Shown here: positions 20,238-30,387 of the stretch, piece after piece
Position numbering within the stretch: the first letter of the stretch is position 1
How the letters are laid out: each line of letters opens with the position of its first letter
Program-made: the position numbers and the translations under genes
Notes under the pieces: model-generated
Seen by the model: only the letters and a program-made list of their open reading frames with translations
What the model was told of the DNA's origin: nothing
Databases searched by the model: none
Source of the DNA: Bacteroidales bacterium UBA4333
GTDB lineage: Bacteria > Bacteroidota > Bacteroidia > Bacteroidales > Paludibacteraceae
Direction of reading: 5' to 3'
Length of the DNA stretch: 64,000 nucleotides
NCBI GenBank assembly: GCA_002394335.1
Contig: DGTP01000014.1
Location: forward strand, 88,138-152,137

Positions 20238-21557
20238 ATGAGAAAAGTATTCGCTTTTGTAGCAGCTGCTCTCTTTAGCGTTGCTACGTTCGCAAGCCGT
20301 GAGGTAGTTCCGTCTGATGACGACCTGGCTGCGTATGCAACCAAGACCTACACGATGTGTATCTACAATGAGAGTGCCTGCAACGACATCGTCCTCATTG
20401 GTACCTATGTTTCCTGGGATGCTACTGCTGAATTGCTGAAGTTCCAACCAGTAGCAGGTTTCGAAGGATGGTATGTAGTTTCGTGGGATGATGCAACGGA
20501 TCCCACAGATCCCAAAGTCATTGCAGATGGTGGTATACAGGCTAAGCCTGTTCAGTTGACCGGTACCGGTACTTTCAGCTGGGATTACCAGCTTAGTGAC
20601 GAATCAGAGTTGATTCGCGGTACTGCTGAAGTGAATCCGGGTAATCCTGGTGAGGCTGATATCAAGAACATTCAACCGGGTATCGTTGTCGTTGATGTAA
20701 AGAGCTGGAAGAACAATCCTTGTACCGCTGTTTATCATGTGTACAACGTTACCTTCATTTCTCCGGACTGCAACGACGAGGACTATGTCGTTCCTGCTAT
20801 CTCCGGTGGTTTCAATAACTGGGCACAACAGGCTCTGACCCTGAACGAGCTGAAGACCGCTGAACGTCAGCAGGCCAACCTCCCGGGCGCTGTATTCGAG
20901 ATCAGCTTCAAAGGTGCTGAGGGTTCTGAGTACAAATTCCGTTCCGCTGAGGAGTGGGGTAAAGACTGGACCAACGAGCTCAAAGAATATAACGCTGAAG
21001 AGGATGCATGGAATGCTTACAACGGAGGCGCAAACTTGGTACTTGGAGCAGAGACCAACCTTGTGTTCGACCTTGGCGATCCTGAGAAATATTTATGGAA
21101 CAACTGCGAGAAACCGGAAGTGTATGAGGAGAAAGAGTTTGACTACGCTATTACCGTAGCAAATGCTCCGACTTGCGGCGAGGCTGTTCTGGCTATCGTA
21201 GGTGGATTCGCTGATTGCGCTTGGACCGTTGCTAACGCTGTTGCAGTAGAAAATGGTACAGCTTCTCTCCACGCTAAGAACACCGATGAGTTCAAGTTCT
21301 TGGATAAGTCCACCGGCGACTGGAGCAACGAAGTACAGGGCTTTGCTCAAACTACATTCCACAAAGCTGACCTCGCTGACGGCGCAGAGGATGGTAAGAT
21401 TGCTATCGACCTCGCTGAAGCTCAATTTGCTGCATGCGCTGACGGCATCGAAGACGTTGTTCTGACCGAGAAGGCTCACAAAGTAGTTGTTGACGGTGTT
21501 CTCTACATCGTTCGTGACAACAAGATGTACAACGCACAGGGTACTCAGGTACGCTAA
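20238..21557 (+). CDS. Secreted surface glycan-binding protein candidate (SusE/F position; CBM-like repeats)
   Basis: Signal peptide. Repeated segments contain GTYVSWDA...GWYVVSW, ISGGFNNWAQQ and VGGFADCAW, reminiscent of starch-binding modules (GxFNNW). The call rests on position in the locus plus these motifs only. Confidence 0.45.
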   Translation: MRKVFAFVAAALFSVATFASREVVPSDDDLAAYATKTYTMCIYNESACNDIVLIGTYVSWDATAELLKFQPVAGFEGWYVVSWDDATDPTDPKVIADGGIQAKPVQLTGTGTFSWDYQLSDESELIRGTAEVNPGNPGEADIKNIQPGIVVVDVKSWKNNPCTAVYHVYNVTFISPDCNDEDYVVPAISGGFNNWAQQALTLNELKTAERQQANLPGAVFEISFKGAEGSEYKFRSAEEWGKDWTNELKEYNAEEDAWNAYNGGANLVLGAETNLVFDLGDPEKYLWNNCEKPEVYEEKEFDYAITVANAPTCGEAVLAIVGGFADCAWTVANAVAVENGTASLHAKNTDEFKFLDKSTGDWSNEVQGFAQTTFHKADLADGAEDGKIAIDLAEAQFAACADGIEDVVLTEKAHKVVVDGVLYIVRDNKMYNAQGTQVR

Positions 21558-21618
21558 ATCAAAAGTTTTACTCTGACCTTTCCCTGCCGGGAGAGGTGAG
21601 GGTAAGCTTGAAACAGGC

Positions 21619-21659
21619 AGATAGTCCGGGCAGATGTCCGGACTATCTCTCTGTTTTTA
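21619..21659 (+). terminator. Rho-independent terminator of the Sus-like operon
   Basis: agatagtccgg / ccggactatct form a perfect 11-bp stem with an 8-nt loop, followed by ctctgttttt. Confidence 0.75.
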
Positions 21660-21770
21660 CCGGTTGTCTTAATAACAGGAACGTTTCAATATCGTTTCAA
21701 GACCGGTTCAAATAGCAGACCTTATGCTGACCTTAAGCACCTTTTGAGCAGAGGTTGGTATAATGGCCAA

Positions 21771-21954
21771 ATCTTAATAATCGGCAATTGTTTTTATGCA
21801 TTTGAGTACAAATTGCCCCTTACTTTACTCTTACTTGCCTCTTGGATGCCTCTTACTTGCCTCCGATAGCGTGTTTGTAATTTGCTGAAAATAAGGGGTA
21901 TATGAAATATCGTAAATAGACCTCGGAATTTACGTATCTTAATAATCGGCAATT
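21771..21954. repeat. 19-bp perfect direct repeat (atcttaataatcggcaatt) at 21771-21789 and 21936-21954 flanking a 146-bp non-coding segment
   Basis: Read directly. The enclosed segment also has cttacttgcctc twice (21831, 21853). Confidence 0.7.
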
Positions 21955-22040
21955 TTAAGTGCAGCGGTATATGGCAAGGATGCGCAAGATGCACGAGAGA
22001 TGCGCGGGAAGGGCATTTGATATAAAAAATGCAGAATAAT

Positions 22041-22071
22041 TTGCATATGTCAAAAAAAAGCAGTAAATTTG
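22041..22071 (+). promoter_or_regulatory. Bacteroidetes-type promoter for the fumarase gene (-7 TAAATTTG at 22064-22071)
   Basis: ttgcatatgtcaaaaaaaagcagtaaatttg, 50 nt before the ATG. Confidence 0.6.
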
Positions 22072-22120
22072 CAGCGGATTATATGCTTTTTGCAAGTTAA
22101 CTAAAAAAATATACTATATA

Positions 22121-23788
22121 ATGGAATTCAAGTATGCGCCGATGTTCCAACTCGGCGAAGACCAGACAGAGTATTATCTGCTCAGTAAAGACCATGTGTC
22201 AGTCGCTAATTTTGAAGGTAATGAGATCCTCAAAGTAGAACCTGAGGCGCTGACGATGATGGCTCAGCAGGCTTTTCATGACGTCAGTTTCATGTTGCGC
22301 CGCAGCCATAATGAACAAGTAGCGAAGATTCTTCGTGACCCGGAGGCTTCCGCCAATGACAAATACGTAGCTCTCACTTTCCTGCGCAACGCCGAAGTGG
22401 CATGCAAGGGACAACTCCCTCTCTGCCAAGATACCGGTACGGCTATCATTCACGGCGAGAAAGGACAATGCGTATTTACGAATGTACGAAGTACGATGTA
22501 CGAGGGACGTGAGGTTTCGGACGAGGAAGCCCTCAGCCGCGGTGTTTTCAATACTTACACCGAGTGCAACCTGCGTTACAGTCAGAATGCACCATTGACG
22601 ATGTACGACGAGGTGAATACCAAATGCAACCTGCCGGCTCAGATCGACTTGGAAGCTACCGAAGGCATGGAGTACCGTTTCCTCTGTGTGACCAAGGGCG
22701 GCGGCTCTGCCAACAAGACCTATCTCTATCAGGAGACCAAAGCGCGTATCCAAAATCCGGGCACACTCATTCCTTTCCTTGTGGAGAAGATGAAATCTCT
22801 CGGAACCGCAGCCTGTCCGCCGTACCATATCGCCATCGTGATCGGCGGTACGAGTGCGGAGAAGAACCTGCTGACGGTCAAATTGGCTTCCACCCATTAC
22901 TACGACTCTCTGCCGACAACCGGCGACGAGACAGGCCGTGCCTTCCGCGATGTGGAGCTGGAGAAACAGTTGCTGCAGGAGGCATACAAGATCGGTCTGG
23001 GTGCGCAGTTCGGCGGCAAGTATATGGCGCACGACGTACGTGTTGTCCGTCTGCCGCGCCACGGTGCCAGCTGCCCGATAGGTCTGGGCGTAAGCTGCTC
23101 GGCAGACCGTAACATCAAGTGCAAGATCAACAAAGACGGTATATGGATTGAGAAACTGGACAACAACCCCGCTTCCCTCATCCCTGAGGAGTTGCGCAAT
23201 GCCGGCGAAGGCGATGCCGTTAAGATAGATCTCAACCAGCCGATGAGCGATGTATGCAAGATCCTGACCCAATATCCGATCGGTACGCGTCTGAGCCTGA
23301 ACGGCACCATCATCGTAGGCCGCGACATCGCCCATGCGAAGATCAAAGCGCGTCTGGATGCCGGCGAGGCTATGCCTGAGTATCTCAAGAACCATCCTAT
23401 CTACTATGCCGGTCCTGCCAAGACTCCGGCAGGTATGGCTTGCGGTTCGATGGGTCCGACTACTGCAGGACGCATGGATCCGTATGTAGATGAGTTCCAG
23501 GAGCACGGCGGCTCGCTCATCATGCTTGCCAAAGGCAACCGCTCCATCGATGTGACCAACGCCTGCCAGAAACACGGCGGCTTCTATCTCGGTTCTATCG
23601 GAGGTCCTGCCGCTATCCTGGCACAGAACAACATCAAGTCCATCGAGTGCGTGGAGTATCCGGAACTGGGTATGGAAGCCATCTGGAAAATCGAGGTAGA
23701 GAACTTCCCCGCCTTCATTCTGGTGGACGACAAAGGTAACGACTTCTTCAAACAACTCAAGCCCTGCACGGGTTGCACAATCCTCTGA
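22121..23788 (+). CDS. Class I (Fe-S) fumarate hydratase, fused alpha/beta type
   Basis: 555 aa, with [31 protein letters not shown] and [26 protein letters not shown]. Confidence 0.9.
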   Translation: MEFKYAPMFQLGEDQTEYYLLSKDHVSVANFEGNEILKVEPEALTMMAQQAFHDVSFMLRRSHNEQVAKILRDPEASANDKYVALTFLRNAEVACKGQLPLCQDTGTAIIHGEKGQCVFTNVRSTMYEGREVSDEEALSRGVFNTYTECNLRYSQNAPLTMYDEVNTKCNLPAQIDLEATEGMEYRFLCVTKGGGSANKTYLYQETKARIQNPGTLIPFLVEKMKSLGTAACPPYHIAIVIGGTSAEKNLLTVKLASTHYYDSLPTTGDETGRAFRDVELEKQLLQEAYKIGLGAQFGGKYMAHDVRVVRLPRHGASCPIGLGVSCSADRNIKCKINKDGIWIEKLDNNPASLIPEELRNAGEGDAVKIDLNQPMSDVCKILTQYPIGTRLSLNGTIIVGRDIAHAKIKARLDAGEAMPEYLKNHPIYYAGPAKTPAGMACGSMGPTTAGRMDPYVDEFQEHGGSLIMLAKGNRSIDVTNACQKHGGFYLGSIGGPAAILAQNNIKSIECVEYPELGMEAIWKIEVENFPAFILVDDKGNDFFKQLKPCTGCTIL

Positions 23789-24246
23789 TGGAAAAAAAGA
23801 AGAAAGACAGCTGGTGGAAGCGGATACGGTATAAGTACCGTCTGACGCTGGAGAACGAGGACACGATGCAGGTACACTGGCATTTCCGTGTGAGTAAGCT
23901 TCGTGCCGCGCTGCTCCTGCTGTTGGTGTTTCTGATTGCGCTGGCGTTATGCTCGACGCTGATCCTCTATACACCTATCCGCACTATTCTGCCGGGTACG
24001 GTGACAGAGGACGAACGCCGGTATCTGCTCGACGAGACCATGCGTCTGGACTCGATGCAACGCGCCGTAGAGCGGCAGAGCCAGTATCTGGAAGGTATCC
24101 GAAAGGCTCTCTCCGGACAGGATCAGAAAGACTCGACACCTCCGCTGGACTCCATGAGGATTCTGGAACACGAGAAACTCATTGAGCAGAAAACACCGGC
24201 TACCGAGAAGTTTGAACACACATACGAACAGAAACACAAGCAATGA
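23788..24246 (+). CDS. Small bitopic membrane protein, unknown function
   Basis: [26 protein letters not shown]... then TM helix LLLLLVFLIALALCSTLILY. Its ATG overlaps the fumarase TGA (TGATG), and its stop overlaps the dxr ATG. From memory it resembles the N-terminal region of Bacteroidales M23 peptidases, but no peptidase domain is present. Confidence 0.5.
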   Translation: MEKKKKDSWWKRIRYKYRLTLENEDTMQVHWHFRVSKLRAALLLLLVFLIALALCSTLILYTPIRTILPGTVTEDERRYLLDETMRLDSMQRAVERQSQYLEGIRKALSGQDQKDSTPPLDSMRILEHEKLIEQKTPATEKFEHTYEQKHKQ

Positions 24247-25409
24247 AACAATTAGCCATCTTAGGCAGCACCGGCTCGATAGGCACCCAGACCCTGGATG
24301 TCGTCCGTCAGCACCCTGACTTGTATCAGGTTTATGCTATCTGTGCCCATCGCTCCATAGACAAACTGGTAGAGCAGGCAAAGGAGTTTAGCCCGGAAGT
24401 GGTCTGCATCGCTGACGAGAGCCTCTACGAAGAACTCGGCCGTCAGTTGTCAGCAGTCGGGTTTGAAGGCAAAATATGGGCAGGTGCAGATGCGATTGCT
24501 CAGATGGTGACGATGCCGAGCATTGATGTCGTAGTGGCAGCGATGGTAGGTTATGCAGGGCTGCGTCCTACCATGGAATCGATCAAAGCCGGTAAGACTA
24601 TCGCCTTGGCAAACAAAGAGACGCTGGTGGTAGCAGGTGAGTTGATGTGCCGTCTGGCGATGGAGCACCACGCGCCGATACTGCCCGTGGATAGCGAGCA
24701 CTCGGCAATATTCCAGTCCCTCGTAGGCGAGGATGGAAACGAGATAGAGAAGATTCTGCTTACCGCAAGCGGCGGACCTTTCCGCACATTCAGTCACGAG
24801 CAGATGGAGCATGTGACGGCAGCAGACGCCCTCAAGCATCCCAACTGGGAAATGGGTGCCAAGATCACCATCGACTCGGCTTCGATGATGAACAAGGGTT
24901 TTGAAGTCATCGAAGCCAAATGGCTCTTTGGCGTGCCGGTAGAGAAGATAGAGGTGCTGGTGCACCCGCAGTCGATTGTCCACTCAGCCGTACAGTTTGC
25001 CGATGGCGCCATCAAGGCACAGCTCGGTGCTCCCGATATGCGGCTGCCGATCCAGTATGCCCTCTCTTTCCCGGAGCGTCTGGCGAGTGATTTTCCGCGT
25101 GCAGACCTTTTCGCTCTCGGACAACTGACCTTCGAGCAGCCCGACCTCAAACGCTTCCCTAATCTCGGTTTGGCATATGAGGCTACCCGTCGCGGCGGAA
25201 ATATCCCGTGCGTGCTCAATGCCGCCAACGAGGTGGCTAATCTCGCCTTCCGCGAAGGACGATGCAGTTTTCTGAGAATGTCGGATATCATTGCCGAGAC
25301 GATGACCCAAGCGGCGTTTATCGCCACTCCGACCTACGAGGACTATGTGGCTACCGATGTCGCCGCACGGAGGATAGCAGAAGAACTAGTAATCAGCAAC
25401 AAGAAATAA
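24243..25409 (+). CDS. dxr: 1-deoxy-D-xylulose 5-phosphate reductoisomerase
   Basis: ILGSTGSIGTQTLDV, LANKETLV, DSEHSAIFQ and NKGFEVIEA motifs. Confidence 0.95.
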   Translation: MKQLAILGSTGSIGTQTLDVVRQHPDLYQVYAICAHRSIDKLVEQAKEFSPEVVCIADESLYEELGRQLSAVGFEGKIWAGADAIAQMVTMPSIDVVVAAMVGYAGLRPTMESIKAGKTIALANKETLVVAGELMCRLAMEHHAPILPVDSEHSAIFQSLVGEDGNEIEKILLTASGGPFRTFSHEQMEHVTAADALKHPNWEMGAKITIDSASMMNKGFEVIEAKWLFGVPVEKIEVLVHPQSIVHSAVQFADGAIKAQLGAPDMRLPIQYALSFPERLASDFPRADLFALGQLTFEQPDLKRFPNLGLAYEATRRGGNIPCVLNAANEVANLAFREGRCSFLRMSDIIAETMTQAAFIATPTYEDYVATDVAARRIAEELVISNKK

Positions 25410-25413
25410 TTAT

Positions 25414-26886
25414 ATGATACAAGCACTTCAATTGATACTGGCTTTGTCCTTTCTGGTGTTGATACACGAGTTTGGACATTTCACTTTCGCCAAAATATTC
25501 CATGTACGAGTGGAGAAGTTCTATATGTTCTTCAATCCATGGATCAGTCTCTTCAAGATGAAGAAATTCAACGGCAAATGGCATTTCCGGTTCTTCTCGA
25601 AGAACGAGGAAGATCTTGCACCGGATACGGATCTCACGACCCTTCCTGAAGACGACTGGCGCCGCTATCCGGACAATACAGAGTGGGGTATAGGCTGGCT
25701 GCCATTCGGCGGCTACTGCGCCATCGGCGGCATGGTGGACGAAACCCATAAATCCGAGGATCTGGCGGCTGAACCCCAACCATGGGAGTTCCGCTCCAAA
25801 CCCGCTTGGCAGCGGTTCTTTATCATCCTCGGCGGTATATTGGTTAATTTCATTGCAGCGATGGTGATCTTCTCGATGATCATCTGGAGCTGGGGAACGG
25901 ATACCCTGCCGCTCAAGAATGTGACGGACGGACTCTACTATTCCCAGGAACTGCTTCATGAGGGTTTCCGCCAGCATGACCAGATCCTTTCCATTGACGG
26001 CGAAGAACCCGAAGAATTGGCAGATATTGTCCAGTGGGTGGTACTTGAGGGGAAACGCAATGTGGTTGTCCTCCGTGGACAAGACACCGTCCGTTTGACG
26101 ATGTCGGAGGATTTAGGTACACGCTGTCTGGCTGTCATCAACGAGAACGACCGCATCGAGCGGGAGAAAGAGCGCCAGGATAACCAATACCAGCGTTCGC
26201 GTTATGTTCTGATTCAGGAGTATGTGCCATTCGTGGTGGATTCGGTTCTGCCAGGAAACGTGGCAGACCTCGCAGGTCTGCAGCGCGGCGACAGCATCGT
26301 CAGCATCGACAGCGTCAAGACCGACTGTCAGGCACTGGTGCAGCTGGAACTGAAAAAACATCCGCTCGACAGCATCACTATCGGCTATTACCGAAACGGA
26401 GAGTATCGGACAGCTGCCGCTTTTGTAGGCGACCAGTGCAAACTGGGCGTGGTGATGAAGGATAAGACGCAGTTCTATCAAGTCGTTCATACCGACTACA
26501 GCTTCCTGGAGGCTGTTCCGGCAGGTATAGCACACGGATGGGAGACTCTGGAGAACTACGTGGGACAGATGCGTATCATCTTTACCAAAGAGGGTGCACG
26601 TTCTGTAGGCGGCTTCGGCGCTATCGGCAGTATGTTCCCGCCTGTATGGAACTGGTACGCGTTCTGGTACATGACCGCGTTCCTGTCGCTCATTCTGGCA
26701 TTTATGAACTTCCTGCCCATCCCTGCCTTGGATGGCGGATATATACTCTTCCTGATTGTAGAGATGATCACCCGGCGCAAACCCTCCGACAAGTTCTTAG
26801 AGACAGCTAACCAAGTGGGCTTCTGGCTCTTATTGGCATTGCTGATCTTCGCTAACGGAAATGATATTCTGCGATTCTTCTTCTAA
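25414..26886 (+). CDS. rseP: RIP site-2 metalloprotease
   Basis: HEFGH zinc motif at the N-terminus, PDZ-like middle (LPGNVADLAGLQRGDSIVSID), and C-terminal NFLPIPALDGG. Confidence 0.85.
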   Translation: MIQALQLILALSFLVLIHEFGHFTFAKIFHVRVEKFYMFFNPWISLFKMKKFNGKWHFRFFSKNEEDLAPDTDLTTLPEDDWRRYPDNTEWGIGWLPFGGYCAIGGMVDETHKSEDLAAEPQPWEFRSKPAWQRFFIILGGILVNFIAAMVIFSMIIWSWGTDTLPLKNVTDGLYYSQELLHEGFRQHDQILSIDGEEPEELADIVQWVVLEGKRNVVVLRGQDTVRLTMSEDLGTRCLAVINENDRIEREKERQDNQYQRSRYVLIQEYVPFVVDSVLPGNVADLAGLQRGDSIVSIDSVKTDCQALVQLELKKHPLDSITIGYYRNGEYRTAAAFVGDQCKLGVVMKDKTQFYQVVHTDYSFLEAVPAGIAHGWETLENYVGQMRIIFTKEGARSVGGFGAIGSMFPPVWNWYAFWYMTAFLSLILAFMNFLPIPALDGGYILFLIVEMITRRKPSDKFLETANQVGFWLLLALLIFANGNDILRFFF

Positions 26887-26909
26887 GAGTAGAACAACGC
26901 ACATATCAT

Positions 26910-29342
26910 ATGAAAAAAGGCTTAGCCATATTACTGTATCTTCTTCCGCTGGTAGCATTCGCCAAGAACCCGACTGTCAGCGGTTATGTAACAGATGCCA
27001 AAACCGGCGAGCGCCTGATAGGTGCCACCGTAGTGGATCTCCTCTCAGGAGCCGGTACGGTAACGAATGTGCACGGATTCTACTCTCTCTCTCTCCCCTC
27101 CGGAGAAATCCGTCTGCAGGCGGGCTATGTGGGGTACGAGCACAGTACGGTTTCGCCTTTCGTTCTGCAGAAAGACACCCTTGTCGAACTGCAGATCACT
27201 TCCTCTAATATGTTAGGCGAAGTGGTGGTGGAGGGACAGCAGTCAATATCCGGCGTACATTCGGTGCAGATGTCGGCTGTCGAAGTGCCGGTGACACAGA
27301 TCAAGGCTATTCCTGCCATCGGGGGAGAAGTGGATGTGCTCAAGGCTATCCAACTGCTGCCCGGTGTGCAATCGGGATCTGAAGGTTCGGCAGGCATGTA
27401 TGTGCGTGGCGGCGGACCGGACGAGAACCTGATTATGCTGGACGGCGTGCCGTTGTATTCGGTCAATCACATGTTGGGTTTCTTCTCGGTATTCAATGCG
27501 GATGCCGTCAAGAATGTGACACTCTACGAGGGTAATTTCCCCGCGCGTTACGGCGGACGATTGTCATCCATCATCGATGTGAGGCAGAAAGACGGCGACG
27601 CATACGGCTATCACGGAAATCTGACTGTCGGCTTGGTATCGACAAAACTCAGTGCTGAAGGTCCTATATACTGGAAGAAGGAAGACTACCGGAAGTACCG
27701 CAACCATGAGACTGTCAAAGGGCAGACAACTTTCAATATCTCCGCCCGAAGGACTCTGTATGACCTCTTTATGGCACCGATTGCCGCTATCGTTACATCC
27801 AGAGAGACAGATGGCGAAGAAGTGACTACCGGGGGGTACTATTTCTACGATGTGAATGCCAAACTGACTCACACTTTCTCGGAAAACGACAAGTTGAGCG
27901 GTTCGTTCTATATCGGCGATGATGTCATCTATGCTCGTCTTCGCGAACGTGGAGATAAGGAGACCGACAACTCTTACATGCGTATGCGCTACAACTGGGG
28001 CAACCTCTTCGCGGCAGTCAACTACGAGCACCGGTTCTCCGGCCGGTTGTATAATACCAGCCAAGTCAGTTACACCCGGTATAAATACAAATTAGGTGTG
28101 GCCAGTGTGATGAATGGTAAAAAGTCGCACGAAAGAAACGAGATCGGTTTGGAGTACGACTCCTATATCATGGATCTGATGGCGCAAACCAATTTCGAAT
28201 GGCGTCCCAACACCAGACACGAGGTGCATTTCGGCGGCAGCTACACCTATCACATTTTCCGTCCGCAAGTGGGAAGGGTAGATGCCATATCCCTCTCCGA
28301 CAGCACTGAGTCGAAGATTGACACGACCTTCTCTGTCGGCGGTACCAACCATACGCACGAAGCCAGCCTGTATATTGAGGATACTTATACGCCTTGCCGC
28401 TGGTTTAAGATGAATATCGGTCTGCATGCCGGCTTGTATCATACCGATAACACAACGTATCCTTCTATTGAACCGCGCGTGGGATTCCGCTTCTTGCCAT
28501 ACAAAGACTTGGCGCTCAAACTCAGTTATGCCTACATGTCCCAGTACGTGCATATGCTTTCCAACAGTTCCGTGTCGCTGCCGACAGATCTCTGGGTGCC
28601 TGTCACCGCCAAGATTCCTCCGATGCGGTCGATGCAGGTGGCGGCAGGTATTACCTATAACATCCTTGATCAGGTAGAGTTGTCTGTTGAGGGGTACTAC
28701 AAACGGATGATCAATCTTCTGGAGTACAAGGACGGAGCATCTTATATGAGCGGTAAGAACTGGCAGGAACAGGTGGCAGTAGGTAATGGCTGGAGTTATG
28801 GCGTGCAGTTCTTGGCACAGCGCAAAATGGGTCCAGTGACCGGTTGGATAGGATATACATGGAGCCGCACCATGAGGCAGTTTGACCAAGAGGGACAGAT
28901 GATCAATTTCGGAAGACCTTTTCATGCCAAATATGACCGCGAGCATGACCTGAGTATCACCCTCCAGTACCAGATCAACAAGAAATGGGACATCGCCGCT
29001 ACTTTTGTCTATGGCACCGGTACACGAGGTACAATCGGACTCCAGAAATACGATGACTGGCTTTATAACAACATGTTCACCTCCCGTACAAACACCTCTA
29101 CCGTCAATTTCATCAGCGAGCGCAACAACTACAAGATGCCGGACTACCACCGTCTCGACCTCGGTGCAACCTGCCATCTGCCGGACAAGAAACATAAGGA
29201 TTGGGAGCATATTCTGAATATGTCGGTATATAATGTGTATTGCAATTTTAACCCCTTCCTGGTTTATCCCAGCGGGAATAAGTTATACAAGCTGAGTCTC
29301 TTTCCGATCTTGCCGAGTTTGAGTTATACCTTTAAGTTCTGA
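26910..29342 (+). CDS. TonB-dependent receptor (carboxypeptidase-regulatory-like N-domain + plug + barrel)
   Basis: 810 aa, with VSGYVTDAKTGERLIGATV, plug segment LLPGVQSGSEGSAGMYVRGGGPDENLIMLDGVPLY, and terminal ...SLSYTFKF. Confidence 0.85.
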   Translation: MKKGLAILLYLLPLVAFAKNPTVSGYVTDAKTGERLIGATVVDLLSGAGTVTNVHGFYSLSLPSGEIRLQAGYVGYEHSTVSPFVLQKDTLVELQITSSNMLGEVVVEGQQSISGVHSVQMSAVEVPVTQIKAIPAIGGEVDVLKAIQLLPGVQSGSEGSAGMYVRGGGPDENLIMLDGVPLYSVNHMLGFFSVFNADAVKNVTLYEGNFPARYGGRLSSIIDVRQKDGDAYGYHGNLTVGLVSTKLSAEGPIYWKKEDYRKYRNHETVKGQTTFNISARRTLYDLFMAPIAAIVTSRETDGEEVTTGGYYFYDVNAKLTHTFSENDKLSGSFYIGDDVIYARLRERGDKETDNSYMRMRYNWGNLFAAVNYEHRFSGRLYNTSQVSYTRYKYKLGVASVMNGKKSHERNEIGLEYDSYIMDLMAQTNFEWRPNTRHEVHFGGSYTYHIFRPQVGRVDAISLSDSTESKIDTTFSVGGTNHTHEASLYIEDTYTPCRWFKMNIGLHAGLYHTDNTTYPSIEPRVGFRFLPYKDLALKLSYAYMSQYVHMLSNSSVSLPTDLWVPVTAKIPPMRSMQVAAGITYNILDQVELSVEGYYKRMINLLEYKDGASYMSGKNWQEQVAVGNGWSYGVQFLAQRKMGPVTGWIGYTWSRTMRQFDQEGQMINFGRPFHAKYDREHDLSITLQYQINKKWDIAATFVYGTGTRGTIGLQKYDDWLYNNMFTSRTNTSTVNFISERNNYKMPDYHRLDLGATCHLPDKKHKDWEHILNMSVYNVYCNFNPFLVYPSGNKLYKLSLFPILPSLSYTFKF

Positions 29343-29347
29343 GTCCG

Positions 29348-30379
29348 ATGAAACGAATACTATATATTATCCTGCCGTTCCTTCTGTTCGCTTCCTGCGA
29401 GCGTGAAATACCGTATAACGGCGAGTATGAGGATGCCAAACTCGTGGTGGAGGCATATGCTTGCGCCGGTGTGGACTCGCTTACCTGTTTTGTGGGAAGG
29501 TCCTATTTCTTTCTGGATTCCAAACCCCAAAACCCGGAGGTGCCGGATGACGTTACAATCACCCTCTCTGCTTCTTCCGGCGGATATGATATTTTGAGCG
29601 ACTCGGTTGCGGAACGGGTACATTACCTCAAACTGTCCCGTCCGCTTCTGGCAGGCGACACATTGCGTCTGACAGTCTCACAACCGCAGTACGGAACGGC
29701 TGAGGCTCAAGAGATTCTTGTGCCGGACTACAAGCCGCAAGTGCTCTCTACCCAATGGGATAAATCCACCACGCCAAACGAGAATTTCTATCGTGTCAAA
29801 GTGCGCCTGCCACAGTATATATCCCCGGAAGCGTTCATCTCTGTTTCCGGCAAACTGTATGTCACCCAGACAAATATCATCTCCCGTCTCGGCAGTGACG
29901 GTTCTTTTGTCCGGATAGATACTCTCGTCCAGCATCGTGCATTGCCCGATCTCCAGTCAGCAGATGAGATGTTTGCCGGTCTGGGCAATACCTACTACAA
30001 TAATTCCGGAGCATATGTAGCTTCTCCCACGTTGCTTTTCCGAGCCAACAACCCAAACCGGGAAGTGGAGTTCTTTTTTCCTGTCAGCCGGGCATATGAC
30101 TCTATAAGAGAAGCGGGAGATACCATCATCTACTCCACTTACAGCATAGACTCCTGCGTTATAGCGTTCACCATGAACAGTGAGGCATACGACCTCTATG
30201 AGGCCTCGATGGAGGCTTATCGGGGACTGAACCGCAGCAATAGCGAAGAGTTCGATCTCGGCGCGGCTCTCTCCGGTATGATAGGTGTCGAGGAACCGGC
30301 TCCGCTATATTGTAACATTACCAATGGTTTGGGCGTCTTCATCACCCAGACAAGAACAACGATACTATTAAAAGAATAA
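29348..30379 (+). CDS. Lipoprotein, DUF4249-like partner of the preceding TonB-dependent receptor
   Basis: Lipobox LLFASCE. Size and position (directly after this receptor type) match what I recall for DUF4249. No catalytic motif. Confidence 0.55.
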   Translation: MKRILYIILPFLLFASCEREIPYNGEYEDAKLVVEAYACAGVDSLTCFVGRSYFFLDSKPQNPEVPDDVTITLSASSGGYDILSDSVAERVHYLKLSRPLLAGDTLRLTVSQPQYGTAEAQEILVPDYKPQVLSTQWDKSTTPNENFYRVKVRLPQYISPEAFISVSGKLYVTQTNIISRLGSDGSFVRIDTLVQHRALPDLQSADEMFAGLGNTYYNNSGAYVASPTLLFRANNPNREVEFFFPVSRAYDSIREAGDTIIYSTYSIDSCVIAFTMNSEAYDLYEASMEAYRGLNRSNSEEFDLGAALSGMIGVEEPAPLYCNITNGLGVFITQTRTTILLKE

Positions 30380-30387
30380 ATACACTA

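Noticed and set aside
21480-21557. T9SS C-terminal sorting domain on the 439-aa Sus-locus protein (ending VVVDGVLYIVRDNKMYNAQGTQVR).
   Set aside because: Only about 20 residues resemble the start of a CTD, and the protein ends there. A full domain needs about 70-80 aa.
22199-23974. 591-aa minus-strand ORF antisense to the fumarase gene. Similar long antisense ORFs: 460-1482 (+), 10872-12176 (+), 28092-29210 (-), 37722-38720 (-), 39062-40015 (-), 45141-45935 (-), 47273-48112 (-), 49432-50367 (-).
   Set aside because: Each lies entirely opposite a gene with clear family motifs. Their translations are Arg/His/Val-rich low-information sequence without motifs. This is typical of shadow ORFs in GC-biased coding DNA.
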